From assembly GCA_018304025.1 (NCBI GenBank), contig JAGVXA010000002.1, forward strand, positions 1 through 60,409: a stretch of 60,409 nt of DNA, given 5' to 3'. Shown piece after piece: positions 39,901-47,519 of the stretch (the first letter of the stretch is position 1; each line of letters opens with the position of its first letter). The DNA is from Candidatus Pacearchaeota archaeon. GTDB taxonomy: Archaea; Nanobdellota; Nanobdellia; Pacearchaeales; GW2011-AR1. The position numbers and the translations under genes were made by a program. Below the pieces are notes generated by a model. The model was not told where the DNA came from and did no database searches. It saw nothing but the letters and a program-made list of their open reading frames with translations.

Positions 39901-41794
39901 CGTCCATTCTCCACCACCCCGCTAATGATTTATCAAAATCATTCAAGACGTAATGCTCTCCGTTGTCATCTGCAGAGGAAACATTAACTATAATTGAACC
40001 TGTTCTTTGTGTTGAATTATTAACTGGCGTATCTCCTACGAAAGAAATATTTGGAGAAGTTGTATCAGAAGTATTAACAGGGTCCACAATATAATCGATT
40101 TGAATTTCTCCGTCGAGGATTTTCAAATCAAATGTGTCCTGCTGGTTTTGAAGAGAGGTTAGCAGGACTTTGTTGTATTCGTCGCTGTTTATCGAGGCAA
40201 ATTCAGCGATTAGTTCATTGCTGTTTATTTCATAGATTTCGATTCTTGGGCTGCCGGAAATTATTCTTGGGAAAATTGTTATATCTTTTGTGCTGTCTAA
40301 TTTTTGCTCGAATGTGACTCTGACGTAGTGAGCTGAAGGGATGGCGCTTGTCCAGTTGTTGTCCTGTGATTTTACCTGCTCGTAAATGTCCTCGATAAAA
40401 GTCCGGTTAGAATCAAGATGCTCTGCTTTTGTTATGAAGATTATTTCGTAGATTTGCTCGCTTAGATATGGGACTGTCCACTCTATGTAATCTATGAATT
40501 TGTCTTCGTCTAAATCGTAGGCGGTAAATTGGACTTGCTCTCTTCCTTCTGTTGTTCTGTAAAGCCGCATTTTATTTTGCTGAGTTACTGGAATGATGTT
40601 TGGCAGTTCTGTGTACGCTAAAACATCCTGATAATGAATTTCATCAGGGCCTGTAATTGTAATTTTTTTTCCGTTCGGAATTTCCTGCTCAACTGCCTGC
40701 GGAGCTTCGGTTGTGTATTCAACTGCAATTTCTTTTTCTCCGGACTCTACTAGATTTTTCAAATCTATTACTTTCTCGGTTTCTGTTTGGATTGTATTAT
40801 TTTGGATTTCGTCTTCGTAAATAGCTGAGCCGGTTACCGAAGATTTTGTGAAGACACTAAAGATTTTTGCTAAGATGAGTAGAATTTTTTTCAAGAAGGA
40901 TTGTTTTTCTGCTTGGGGAGAAAACTGGATTTGCGGTTCGAGAAATTCTTTTCTGTCTGCTTGAGTTATTGATTTTTCGTATTGCTCTTTTTGGGCGAAG
41001 GCTTGATTGACTTCTTCGCCTGTTTTTATTGAGATGTCCTGAGATTGCAGAGGAATTTCTACTGTTAGATTTTGGGAAGGGTCTTTCACGTCGATAGTTT
41101 TTATCCATTTTACCGGGCGGTTGATTACTGCCTTGTATTGGATTGCTGTTGTGTTTGGCTGGATTTTTTGTTCTGGGATTGATTCGGGGAGGGAAATATT
41201 TTCTTCTGGCTGTTTTTCGGTTGTTTGATTTGGAATTGCTTCTGGGATTGTGATGTTTATTTCAGTAATGTTTTTTTCTGGAATTGTGATATTTTCTTCT
41301 AGAGAGGGTTCTGGGGCAGTGGCATTTTCTTCTACTGTTGGTTCTGGAACTGTGATGTTTTCTTCTAGACTTGGAATTTGTTCTTCAATTGTTTGATTTG
41401 GAATTGTCTCATTTTCTTCTGGGCTGAAAAATAATTTTGTTTGAGGAGAACTAAGAAATATTGCGGATAGGATAATGACGGCGAGAATAGGAAGGAATAT
41501 CAGCGCGATTTTTTTGACTGCTCGTTTTTTTGACTGCTCGTTCAATTTTTCAAGGAGAGTTTGACTTTGCTGAATATATTTGTCGTAATAATTAACCCAT
41601 TGTTCAGGAGTTTTTGTTTGAAATACTTTTTTTATTTCTTCGTTGTATTGACTGTAGGAAAGTTCGCCGATTTGATATTTGACGACGAGCTTTTGAACTA
41701 TGCTTTCTGTTTTTTTCTTGTTTTGTTCTGCTGTCTGAATTCTTCTTAGAAGCTCTTCTTTTTTCGCCTTTGATTCGTTTATTTTTTTTACCAT
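33953..41794 (-). CDS. 2613-aa surface adhesin: SHOCT-like N-terminus, TM, three LamG-in-Ig modules, beta-helices, fibre-like domain, C-terminal tandem HTH
   Basis: GWWRxD...F(N)G.IDE..FNR.LS three times; NosD-like NNT repeats; LSYSQIAQLLNRNQRTIW and MTNSAVANLLNKDSRNIY. Confidence 0.85.
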   Translation of the reverse strand: MVKKINESKAKKEELLRRIQTAEQNKKKTESIVQKLVVKYQIGELSYSQYNEEIKKVFQTKTPEQWVNYYDKYIQQSQTLLEKLNEQSKKRAVKKIALIFLPILAVIILSAIFLSSPQTKLFFSPEENETIPNQTIEEQIPSLEENITVPEPTVEENATAPEPSLEENITIPEKNITEINITIPEAIPNQTTEKQPEENISLPESIPEQKIQPNTTAIQYKAVINRPVKWIKTIDVKDPSQNLTVEIPLQSQDISIKTGEEVNQAFAQKEQYEKSITQADRKEFLEPQIQFSPQAEKQSFLKKILLILAKIFSVFTKSSVTGSAIYEDEIQNNTIQTETEKVIDLKNLVESGEKEIAVEYTTEAPQAVEQEIPNGKKITITGPDEIHYQDVLAYTELPNIIPVTQQNKMRLYRTTEGREQVQFTAYDLDEDKFIDYIEWTVPYLSEQIYEIIFITKAEHLDSNRTFIEDIYEQVKSQDNNWTSAIPSAHYVRVTFEQKLDSTKDITIFPRIISGSPRIEIYEINSNELIAEFASINSDEYNKVLLTSLQNQQDTFDLKILDGEIQIDYIVDPVNTSDTTSPNISFVGDTPVNNSTQRTGSIIVNVSSADDNGEHYVLNDFDKSLAGWWRMDDLNSFGDIVDLSIWSNNGTKGGDAAQTNEGKFGKGFSFDGSGDYITTENAPYPFSISAFTWAMWIYPESEGGIINYYSELDSYDCGMHSIYLDGNNKLNFLSGLGEPQYDGTSRITSTQNIPLNEWTLITFVYVPSSEAMSLYINGVFDKTEPLFDMVASCGATETGNFYIGEAGIYDSSWSTAYFNGIIDDVSLFNRTLSVSEISALYEASTNKYYNEFTSLQGRNHTFKAYAVDTAGNLNSTEQRFVTINKSSVFECDTLSESNTTYEMNANIINNGLTAPCITISAQNITLDCKGYSIKSTNPVAGVYSNQPNTTVKNCNITMGIASSGRGIYLQGADYSFIFNNSISRQYTGMYFNGVDYTVVKNNRMYSNVHKAIWTDNSQNNNFSGNIIMNDAYGAFWLSGSPNNLIENTITNNRIYIYSNNITLKNVTGISPGGIWSYVNGTNVIDSSIAGYYLTGTISVKKSEYGEVYFYQDVTGSNSNLSNDIRIENNSVTVESLITPGLNRTANITLYNSPGANFKGPTILRDGMPCTDCYAFTPLNADTVIFNVTSWSNYSIGEDPIAPNISFVGDTPANNSLLSTNSFVVNVSSADDNGEHYVLNDFDKSLVGWWRMDDIDGTKIIDLSNKSNNGTAMGNSAQTPNGKFGKAFEFYGNGDYVGLGTGLDILSNVSSATLSAWVYPKKIHSTEGNVIVAISINSVLPTKSTRASIEVGNTDDIKVAARAIDGGGLLSFQTNGAVENKWQHIVGTINYATGNISIYLDGQIIGSSIVEFGQQRTPATTSTSNSIGSEDDGSRYYFNGSIDEVLIFNRILSADEIATLYSASAHQYYNTFTNLPEGAHTFKSYAVDLAGNLNSTEQRTVTTPDVTAPNISFVGDTPANASARNTNSIIINVSSADNNGEHYVLNDFDKSLVGWWRLDNDSSVKENDTFVYDWSGNENNGTVVIVDSSKIGPVKEGKFGGGFEFLGMNNVIRIGNPKQSLTSSPQFTYSAWIKRAVDDTTEDQIFNSGGRQFYVLNRRLVAQMSGNYLAGATTLQPGVWYHATFTYENSRQTLYLDGIEDGTSNNLITEGYGFLIGRCGGSDHQHEFNGILDELMVFNRSLSGPEIQSLYNATKYQYYNEFTELPERAHTFKAYAVDAIGNLNSTEQRTVTILPPCIPITQCDQGASQITLPNRCYYLANDIQTTGTCLTIEADNITLNGNKYAIKGDSSGTDYGIYATGRVNIIILNTTISDFGSIYNSAGIYFESVNNSAIQSVNVSNNLDGIYLSSSSSNNTLIDVTANDNYFFGLYFHSSSNNTLSNITANNNYDGIYFVGSSNNFLADITANDNSLFGMYIYFSPNNTFTNITANNNYDGINVDHSANNLFSQGRIESSSLNAIYMSGSSTEDDSSKNVFKNISVTGAFSKDIVLSSSSALENTTLIDMILKKYSFAGNKVIFEDTNEGKIRFLEGISGEGNELSREVNIRHNRISIDAEANSGLGKSARISLYNYPAVNLTSPFQILRNGRNCTDCTNIQPETFNETTENINFTIPASPGYSVYKIGKETDPFILRVRNLNPVDFAEKNIAEEDVEVNFQVDVVASPSAVLFAGFTLDRTEQTVRAGSCNFETDMTDYLVYTCTVFMKYWDEPAIDWNVHLMLSENSVSDEYFEQFEVLPFYSFEILPPQSLNWQNVVSGQTTPVPSESPLQVRNTGNIELNSLSIEAFNLRYDLAQSENIPADSFSAKSETTACDVEDDTVLAHSSVQSVQSFQLLPTGPPSPTITEKDIYFCLNQVPSGLPAESFSTSPSVGGTAWEIDIYFALALVVIPRRKKKKSKKEILELVEEKLKKQKEEILELVEERLKEEYQAAREEIKIPAEIFAQGISPAEALTKYLKENQNLSYSQIAQLLNRNQRTIWINYRNASIKKQSKFQISAKAIFISIKIFSNRNLSISESLVANLRNSGMTNSAVANLLNKDSRNIYTIFKRALQKRNI

Positions 41795-41943
41795 TTCATT
41801 TCATAAAATAAAGAAAAGGGTTGTCTCGGGAGAAAGATTCTCCAGGGTGTGTTGAGACAACCCTTTTCTTTGAAAATTAATTGCGAGAATGATACATGCG
41901 GAGCTATGGAGATGACTACTAACAGAAGAATTATTTCGTTCAT
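41788..41943 (-). CDS. Possible 51-aa upstream ORF overlapping the adhesin start
   Basis: GGGAG precedes ATG 41943; MNEIILLLVVISIA...; stop overlaps the adhesin ATG (ATGGTAA). Confidence 0.3.
   Translation of the reverse strand: MNEIILLLVVISIAPHVSFSQLIFKEKGCLNTPWRIFLPRQPFSLFYEMKW
41810..41871. promoter_or_regulatory. 18-bp perfect inverted repeat in the adhesin leader
   Basis: aaagaaaagggttgtctc 41810-41827 / gagacaacccttttcttt 41854-41871, with inner ggagaa/ttctcc hairpin. Confidence 0.7.
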
Positions 41944-42101
41944 TTTCTTTCTCCCTTACACACCCTGTAAGTTACTTAATATGTGTGAGATATTGTTTAT
42001 AAATGTTGGTATTTTTAGTATTTTTAATACTTAATATGTATGATTGGTTTAAACGCGATTGGACTAGAAAATTTTATTAATTCGGTTTGTTTCAGGAAAA
42101 G

Positions 42102-42497
42102 ATGGATGACTGGACAATTGTCGGAATAATCTTGATTGTTTTGGTTGTGACAGCTGGCGGACTGATGATTCTTAGATGGGATGAAGATGGTTGGATTCAG
42201 GATTCGCGAGGAGTTTGGATTAAACACGGACAGCCTTCTAAAATTCCAGAATATGTTTTGGAGCAACGGGAATTAATTGATTCTGCTTTGCGATTGTATT
42301 CGGATTTGATACTGGCTGGAACTGAAATTAACAGCCAATGCCTCGGAGTTATTGGAGATTACGCTGTTGATATTGTGCATGTTCCGCGTTCAGAGGGAGA
42401 TGATTTAGTTGAGAACCAGTGTTCTGCTTTTAGAAATGGAGAGGTTTCGCATTTTATTGAGATGGATAAAAAAGGGAATATTGTCAGGGTTGTTTAA
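42102..42497 (+). CDS. Membrane-anchored hypothetical protein
   Basis: N-terminal TM then EDGWIQDSRGVWIKHGQP; Cys pair. Confidence 0.75.
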   Translation: MDDWTIVGIILIVLVVTAGGLMILRWDEDGWIQDSRGVWIKHGQPSKIPEYVLEQRELIDSALRLYSDLILAGTEINSQCLGVIGDYAVDIVHVPRSEGDDLVENQCSAFRNGEVSHFIEMDKKGNIVRVV

Positions 42498-42509
42498 AAT
42501 TTGATTTTT

Positions 42510-42870
42510 ATGCGTCGCAATTGGACTCGCTAAATTAATCTTCTCGGTGCGCAAATTGGACTTGCCTGTTCTTGCGGCTGGCAAGTCTTATCGTTAACAG
42601 CTCACTCCGTTCGCTGGTGCGCACCGAGTAATTGCTTCGCTGACAATTGCGAGTCTTATCTGTAAAATTTGCTCTTGATGCGTCGCAATTGGACTCGCTG
42701 ACAATTGCGAGTCTTATCTGTAAAATTTGCTCTTGATGCGTCGCAATTGGACTCGCTGACAATTGCGAGTCTTATCTGTAAAATTCGCTCCGCGAATTTA
42801 GCGACGCATCAATTTAGCGACGCATCAATTTAGCGACGCACAGAATCTATTTCGCAAATTTTCCGCGTCG
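42510..42870. repeat. Triply nested REP-like element stack
   Basis: Left arms tgcgtcgc at 42511, 42679, 42737; right arms gcgacgca at 42801, 42817, 42833; extra inner element 42543-42628. Confidence 0.88.
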
Positions 42871-42876
42871 TTGAAC

Positions 42877-44469
42877 TTAACGAATATACTTCTTAAACCT
42901 TTTAGATTTTTTTATCCTTTTGGCGATTAAGATAATTATGGCTAGGATTATTACAAACAAGATTATCTTGATTATGCTGTATTCCTTGTCTTCTTCGTCG
43001 AAGACATCCATGCCGGTCAGTATTGAATTCAAGGATTCTTCATCTTCTGGATTTACTTTTGATACGTTTAAGCCGAAGGAATTTAGAAAAGCGGTGGTGT
43101 CTTCTCCCGACGAGAGAGTAAGAACATAATTCATTTGGTTGTTTAATATCTCGTGGTTTGAACTCATCGTTATATTTTCTTCTTTGATTTTTTCGTATGT
43201 TTTCTTGAATATATCCTCGCTGTATTTTTTCGATAAGGAATCTACAATGTTATAGCTTTGCGCGTATCCTATTGAAATAGGGCTCATGTTTTTTCCGCTG
43301 CAATCAATTTCTTTAAACTCTTCTTCGGAAAGAAAAATATTTGGGCTCCAGCCAGACATAAATGAAAAATCTGTATTTTTACATTCGTTTAAGACAGAGA
43401 ATGTTTCTGTTTTTAGTTCCGAGGAATCATATTCCAAAGATTCCAGGACTTTGTAGGAGAGATACTGGGCTGTGCCTTCTTCCCACCAGAAGTTAGGAAC
43501 ATTATCTTTGAAATAAACTGAATTGAATCCGTGAACTGTTTCGTGAAGCAAAATATACAATATTTCTTTTTCTGTTTTTTGAAGATTTGTCGACTTGATT
43601 TTTATTTTTCCCTCGCCTAAATAAATTCCGTTTGTCTGCTCTTCAAAGCCAATGTCGTCTTGCGTTACGAGCTCTATTTTCCATTTTTTTGGGGACTTGA
43701 ATCCGTAGATTTGTTCGATAACAGAAATTCCTTGGTCTGCTTTAGAAAGAATTTTTGAAAATTCTTCTGCGTATCTTTGAGGGATTTCGGCTGTGTAATA
43801 GTTCGAATTAACCTCGGTTAAGTCCGGCGAGAGCAGAATGTTTTTTTCAGACAGGACAAAATCTATTTCAATGTTTACTGTTTCTGATTCTTTTAAATCG
43901 TAATTTAGAATTATTGGATTTTGATATTCATTTGACGCCGGTTTTTTTGGCAAGGAAGTTATACTTGCGTCTTTTGGGAGGCGTATTGAAATATTAAAAG
44001 AAGTGTCGGGCGGATTTTTTGTGAATGTTCTCCTGTAATAATAGTTCGGCTCGATTACCAGAGGATTTTTTTCTACGACGTAAGAAATGTTAAAAAAATA
44101 ATCGGTTATGTAATAAATATTTTTTGTGTTCTTAAAAGTTAAGAGAGAATATTTGTCGTTGATTTCCCGGATTTCAAATTCTACATTTCCCTCTGAATCA
44201 CGCACTTTAATTTCCCTGCTTTCTTTTGGAATGTAAATGCCCCAGTTTTCTTTGGCGAGATAGTCAGAGAATTTTGACAGTTTTATTTTCCAGAAAATAA
44301 ATTCGCTGGATGTTCCGTCTTGATTTATAACTACTCTTATTTCTTTTTCCTGGATTATTTTATCTGTTTGCTCGGGGCTGAGAAAGGGTTTATTTGAGAA
44401 AAGAAAATAAGACAGTGCTAATATAACTATTAGGACGAGGGCAATTAATATCCAGTACCTCTTTTTCAT
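42877..44469 (-). CDS. Membrane-anchored gluzincin metallopeptidase
   Basis: LLHETVH...WWEEGTAQY; N- and C-terminal TMs. Confidence 0.85.
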   Translation of the reverse strand: MKKRYWILIALVLIVILALSYFLFSNKPFLSPEQTDKIIQEKEIRVVINQDGTSSEFIFWKIKLSKFSDYLAKENWGIYIPKESREIKVRDSEGNVEFEIREINDKYSLLTFKNTKNIYYITDYFFNISYVVEKNPLVIEPNYYYRRTFTKNPPDTSFNISIRLPKDASITSLPKKPASNEYQNPIILNYDLKESETVNIEIDFVLSEKNILLSPDLTEVNSNYYTAEIPQRYAEEFSKILSKADQGISVIEQIYGFKSPKKWKIELVTQDDIGFEEQTNGIYLGEGKIKIKSTNLQKTEKEILYILLHETVHGFNSVYFKDNVPNFWWEEGTAQYLSYKVLESLEYDSSELKTETFSVLNECKNTDFSFMSGWSPNIFLSEEEFKEIDCSGKNMSPISIGYAQSYNIVDSLSKKYSEDIFKKTYEKIKEENITMSSNHEILNNQMNYVLTLSSGEDTTAFLNSFGLNVSKVNPEDEESLNSILTGMDVFDEEDKEYSIIKIILFVIILAIIILIAKRIKKSKRFKKYIR

Positions 44470-44556
44470 AAAAAGATTTATGCTTGGAATTATATAAATT
44501 TATGTTCGCTGTCTTTTGTATAAAGATTTAAATATATTAAAATATTAGACTCTTGC

Positions 44557-46587
44557 ATGAGAAAAGAGGATAAGAAAAGTTCTAAGGGATTATATTTAAT
44601 TTTGATTTTAGTGGGAATACTAATTATTGGGCTGTTTTTCGTCGGTATTTCTATAAATGGGAATGTTATAAATGGTTTTGGAAGCAAGATAGTTGGTTTT
44701 ACATTGTTTGATTTAATTCGAGATTTTATATTCGGGGGCAAGGTGATGCTGGGGCCTACGACAGGAGATACTGTTGAGCTTGTTGTTGAGGGAATTAACT
44801 GCACTGGAAAAATTGTTTCATTTGAATATTATGAAGTTGATTCTGACGGGAATGATTTGATTACTGGATTGTATGGTTTGCCGACGAGCGGGACTGTTCT
44901 TGGAAGCAACGTGACTGCGACTTGGCTTGTCCAGTGGTTTGATGATGCAGATGGCGACGATGGAGATAATAATCCTGAAATTATTTTTGTTGCTAGTTGC
45001 GACGGAAGCAGTGCTACTTCTGATATTTTAGAACTTTCTCCTGCCCCAATTCAAATTACAGCGGGAAATAATATCAACCTCGTTGTCGAGGGAATTAACT
45101 GCACTGGAAAAACTATTTCATTTGAATATTATGAATTAGATGACAATGGAAATGATACTATCACCGGATTGTATGGTTTGCCGACGAGCGGGACTGTTCT
45201 TGGAAGCAATGTGACTGCGACTTGGCTTGTTCAGTGGTTTGCTGACGACGAGATTGACAACGGAAACGATGATCCTGAAATTGTTTTTGTAGCTAGCTGC
45301 GACGGAAGCAGTGCTGTTTCTGATATTCTGGAAATTTTACCTGCTTCAGTTTTAACATGCGCTTTGAATTCCGAGTGCAATGATTTCAATCTTTGCACAA
45401 CTGATAGTTGCAATCCTTCTAATCCTTTGGCTAATGGATTTGGCTGTGTTTTTGCAAATAATGCTTTGTCTTGTGATGACGGCGTATTTTGCAATGGTGC
45501 TGATATTTGCAATAGCGGAGTGTGCGGGCATGCCGGAGATCCGTGCGTTGCTGGAGAAACGTGCTTCGAACCTAATATTTGCGCGCCTTTAACATGCAAG
45601 GATATCGACGGAGATGGAATTCCTGATTACAATGCTACTTATTGTCCTCCTTCTTCTGGCGGCGGCGGTGGAGGCGGCGGAAGGGATTATTGTGCATGGA
45701 CTAACAAGAGTTATTTAATTGGAAATAATACGGCGATAAATAGTTACCTTCCAGATACAAACGCGGGCGGATTGAATATTTCGCAAATTGACAGCTCTAA
45801 TTTGGTCGAGCATTCGAATTTCATGATTGAGAAAGCAAATCTTGCGCGAATCAGGTTTAGAGAAAATTTGATGCTGGTGAGAGTGAATGAAACAGGATGC
45901 TTTGAGAAGATTAATTTCTCTGAGAAGCTGATAAAAATAGAAGACAAGAAAGTGTTTGTGAATTCAAGTTATTTTGTTGAAATGAAAAAGCCAGCTGTGA
46001 TTGAGTTTTACGGCGTTAATTTTGTTACTCCGAAGGTTTTGAAAGACGGTTCTGACTGCGGAGTTGATTGCTCCTTGAATTCTTATATTTCTGGAGTAAG
46101 TTATTCTGTGAATGTAAGCGGGTTCTCGACGTATGAAGTTGTTGAAGGTTACGTTGCTCCTGGCACGACTCCTTCTGGAGGCAGTGGCGGGGGTGGAGGC
46201 GGAGGCGGCGGAGGTGGAACAACTCCAAAGTTGTGCACTCAATCAATAAAATGCGACGCGTGGAGCAGCGAGTGCGTTGATGGAAGCCAGAAAAGATATT
46301 GCTACGATGCAAATGCCTGCAACAAGACGAAGAGTTATTACGAATATAAAGATTGCAGAGCAAGTGTTGAAGGAACTGAAACTGGCGAGGGAGGAATTTT
46401 AGGAGGAATAACAAATCCAACAACTAGAGCAATTTGGAAGATAGTTATTTTTGTTTTTGTTGGGGTTATGATTGCGGGATTAGTTGTCTTCATTGTGCTA
46501 TATCTTGCTAGGAGAGCGAAATCTGGCAACAAGGAAGTTAAAATGGGAAAGGTTTTGGAAGATTCGAAGAAGTTTTTAGGAAAGTAA
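44557..46587 (+). CDS. Doubly anchored surface scaffold protein with two 100-aa Ig-like repeats, Cys-rich and poly-Gly segments
   Basis: 300-nt tandem repeat LVVEGINCTGK..SFEYYE.D..TATWLVQWF..PEI.FVASCDG; N- and C-terminal TMs. Confidence 0.8.
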   Translation: MRKEDKKSSKGLYLILILVGILIIGLFFVGISINGNVINGFGSKIVGFTLFDLIRDFIFGGKVMLGPTTGDTVELVVEGINCTGKIVSFEYYEVDSDGNDLITGLYGLPTSGTVLGSNVTATWLVQWFDDADGDDGDNNPEIIFVASCDGSSATSDILELSPAPIQITAGNNINLVVEGINCTGKTISFEYYELDDNGNDTITGLYGLPTSGTVLGSNVTATWLVQWFADDEIDNGNDDPEIVFVASCDGSSAVSDILEILPASVLTCALNSECNDFNLCTTDSCNPSNPLANGFGCVFANNALSCDDGVFCNGADICNSGVCGHAGDPCVAGETCFEPNICAPLTCKDIDGDGIPDYNATYCPPSSGGGGGGGGRDYCAWTNKSYLIGNNTAINSYLPDTNAGGLNISQIDSSNLVEHSNFMIEKANLARIRFRENLMLVRVNETGCFEKINFSEKLIKIEDKKVFVNSSYFVEMKKPAVIEFYGVNFVTPKVLKDGSDCGVDCSLNSYISGVSYSVNVSGFSTYEVVEGYVAPGTTPSGGSGGGGGGGGGGGTTPKLCTQSIKCDAWSSECVDGSQKRYCYDANACNKTKSYYEYKDCRASVEGTETGEGGILGGITNPTTRAIWKIVIFVFVGVMIAGLVVFIVLYLARRAKSGNKEVKMGKVLEDSKKFLGK

Positions 46588-46593
46588 ATTAAA

Positions 46594-47484
46594 TTAAGTT
46601 GTAATAATTTTTTCTTTTTTTGTAATAAGGATTGTATCTTCGGCTTGCGCGACTTTTCCTGAATTTTTTTCTATCAACTGCGGATACTGGTGAATTATGC
46701 TGGCTTCTTCAATGCGCTTTAATGCTATCAGCGCTCTTGTGCCGAATTTTTTTACCAACCATCTTGAACAGAACGGAAGAGTTTGATATTCTTTTTTTAT
46801 GAACTGGAGGACTTCTCTTGCGAAGTGGTCTCTTACCTGGTTTTCGTTTTCTAATTTGTAAATTCCTGACGGTTTTCCGTCCCTGACTGCGCCGTGCCCT
46901 GATGTTGCAAATGGCTCTATTGCGTATGCTCCTTCTTCTATTTCTATTTCCTGACTGTTGTTGTAATTTGGAATCGTTACACCTGCGTGAAGATTGTATT
47001 CGTCTAAAAGGTGCCCTGACAAGTTTCTGATTGGCTCTGCGTTTTTTTCAGTAATTGCTTTTTCTATTTCTTCTCCTACTTCGCTTATTGAAGTTTTTAG
47101 AGAGATTTTTTCCAAGGCTTTTTTTAATGCTGTTTCTGCTGCTTCGATTAGATTTTTGTTTTCTTCTGAGTTTTCCAAGTCTAGTGAGAAAGCTGTGTCT
47201 GCAATGTATCCGTCTATCTGCACTCCGATGTCGACTTTTAGGAGCCCTTGCGCTTCTTCGTCGTCATTGTAGGCTGGAGTTACGTGGGCTGCCTGCTCGT
47301 TGATTGAGAGATTTGTCGGGAATGCCGGCTTTCCTCCGAGTTCTGCGATTTTATTTTCTATTTTTTCCGCGATTTCTAATAAAGGCATTTGAGGTTTTAT
47401 TATTGTTCTTGCATAGGACTTTACTTGCTTGGCTATTTCTCCGGCTTGCTTGTATTTTTCTATTTGTTCTGATTCCATTTGCAT
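46594..47484 (-). CDS. map: Methionine aminopeptidase type II
   Basis: AFPTNLSINEQAAH, KVDIG..DGYIADTA, NLSGH, AIEPFAT, YPQL.E. Confidence 0.95.
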   Translation of the reverse strand: MQMESEQIEKYKQAGEIAKQVKSYARTIIKPQMPLLEIAEKIENKIAELGGKPAFPTNLSINEQAAHVTPAYNDDEEAQGLLKVDIGVQIDGYIADTAFSLDLENSEENKNLIEAAETALKKALEKISLKTSISEVGEEIEKAITEKNAEPIRNLSGHLLDEYNLHAGVTIPNYNNSQEIEIEEGAYAIEPFATSGHGAVRDGKPSGIYKLENENQVRDHFAREVLQFIKKEYQTLPFCSRWLVKKFGTRALIALKRIEEASIIHQYPQLIEKNSGKVAQAEDTILITKKEKIITT

Positions 47485-47519
47485 TCGAGAAAATTAGAGT
47501 TATTAAAGTTTTGTTATCT

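Noticed and set aside
3987-41794. Diversity-generating retroelement acting on surface proteins
   Set aside because: No reverse transcriptase, and no TR/VR pair with adenine-specific mismatches seen; internal repeats differ at all bases
42535-42762. ORF MSASPIATHQ and the similar N-terminal extension 31614-31736; also ORFs 2508-2723, 13664-13855, 14922-15126, 15558-15800, 47608-47853, 56102-56308
   Set aside because: They are translations of non-coding repeats or antisense overlaps
42637-42840. CRISPR array
   Set aside because: Units are identical 58-bp and 16-bp tandem copies with no unique spacers; no cas genes in the window
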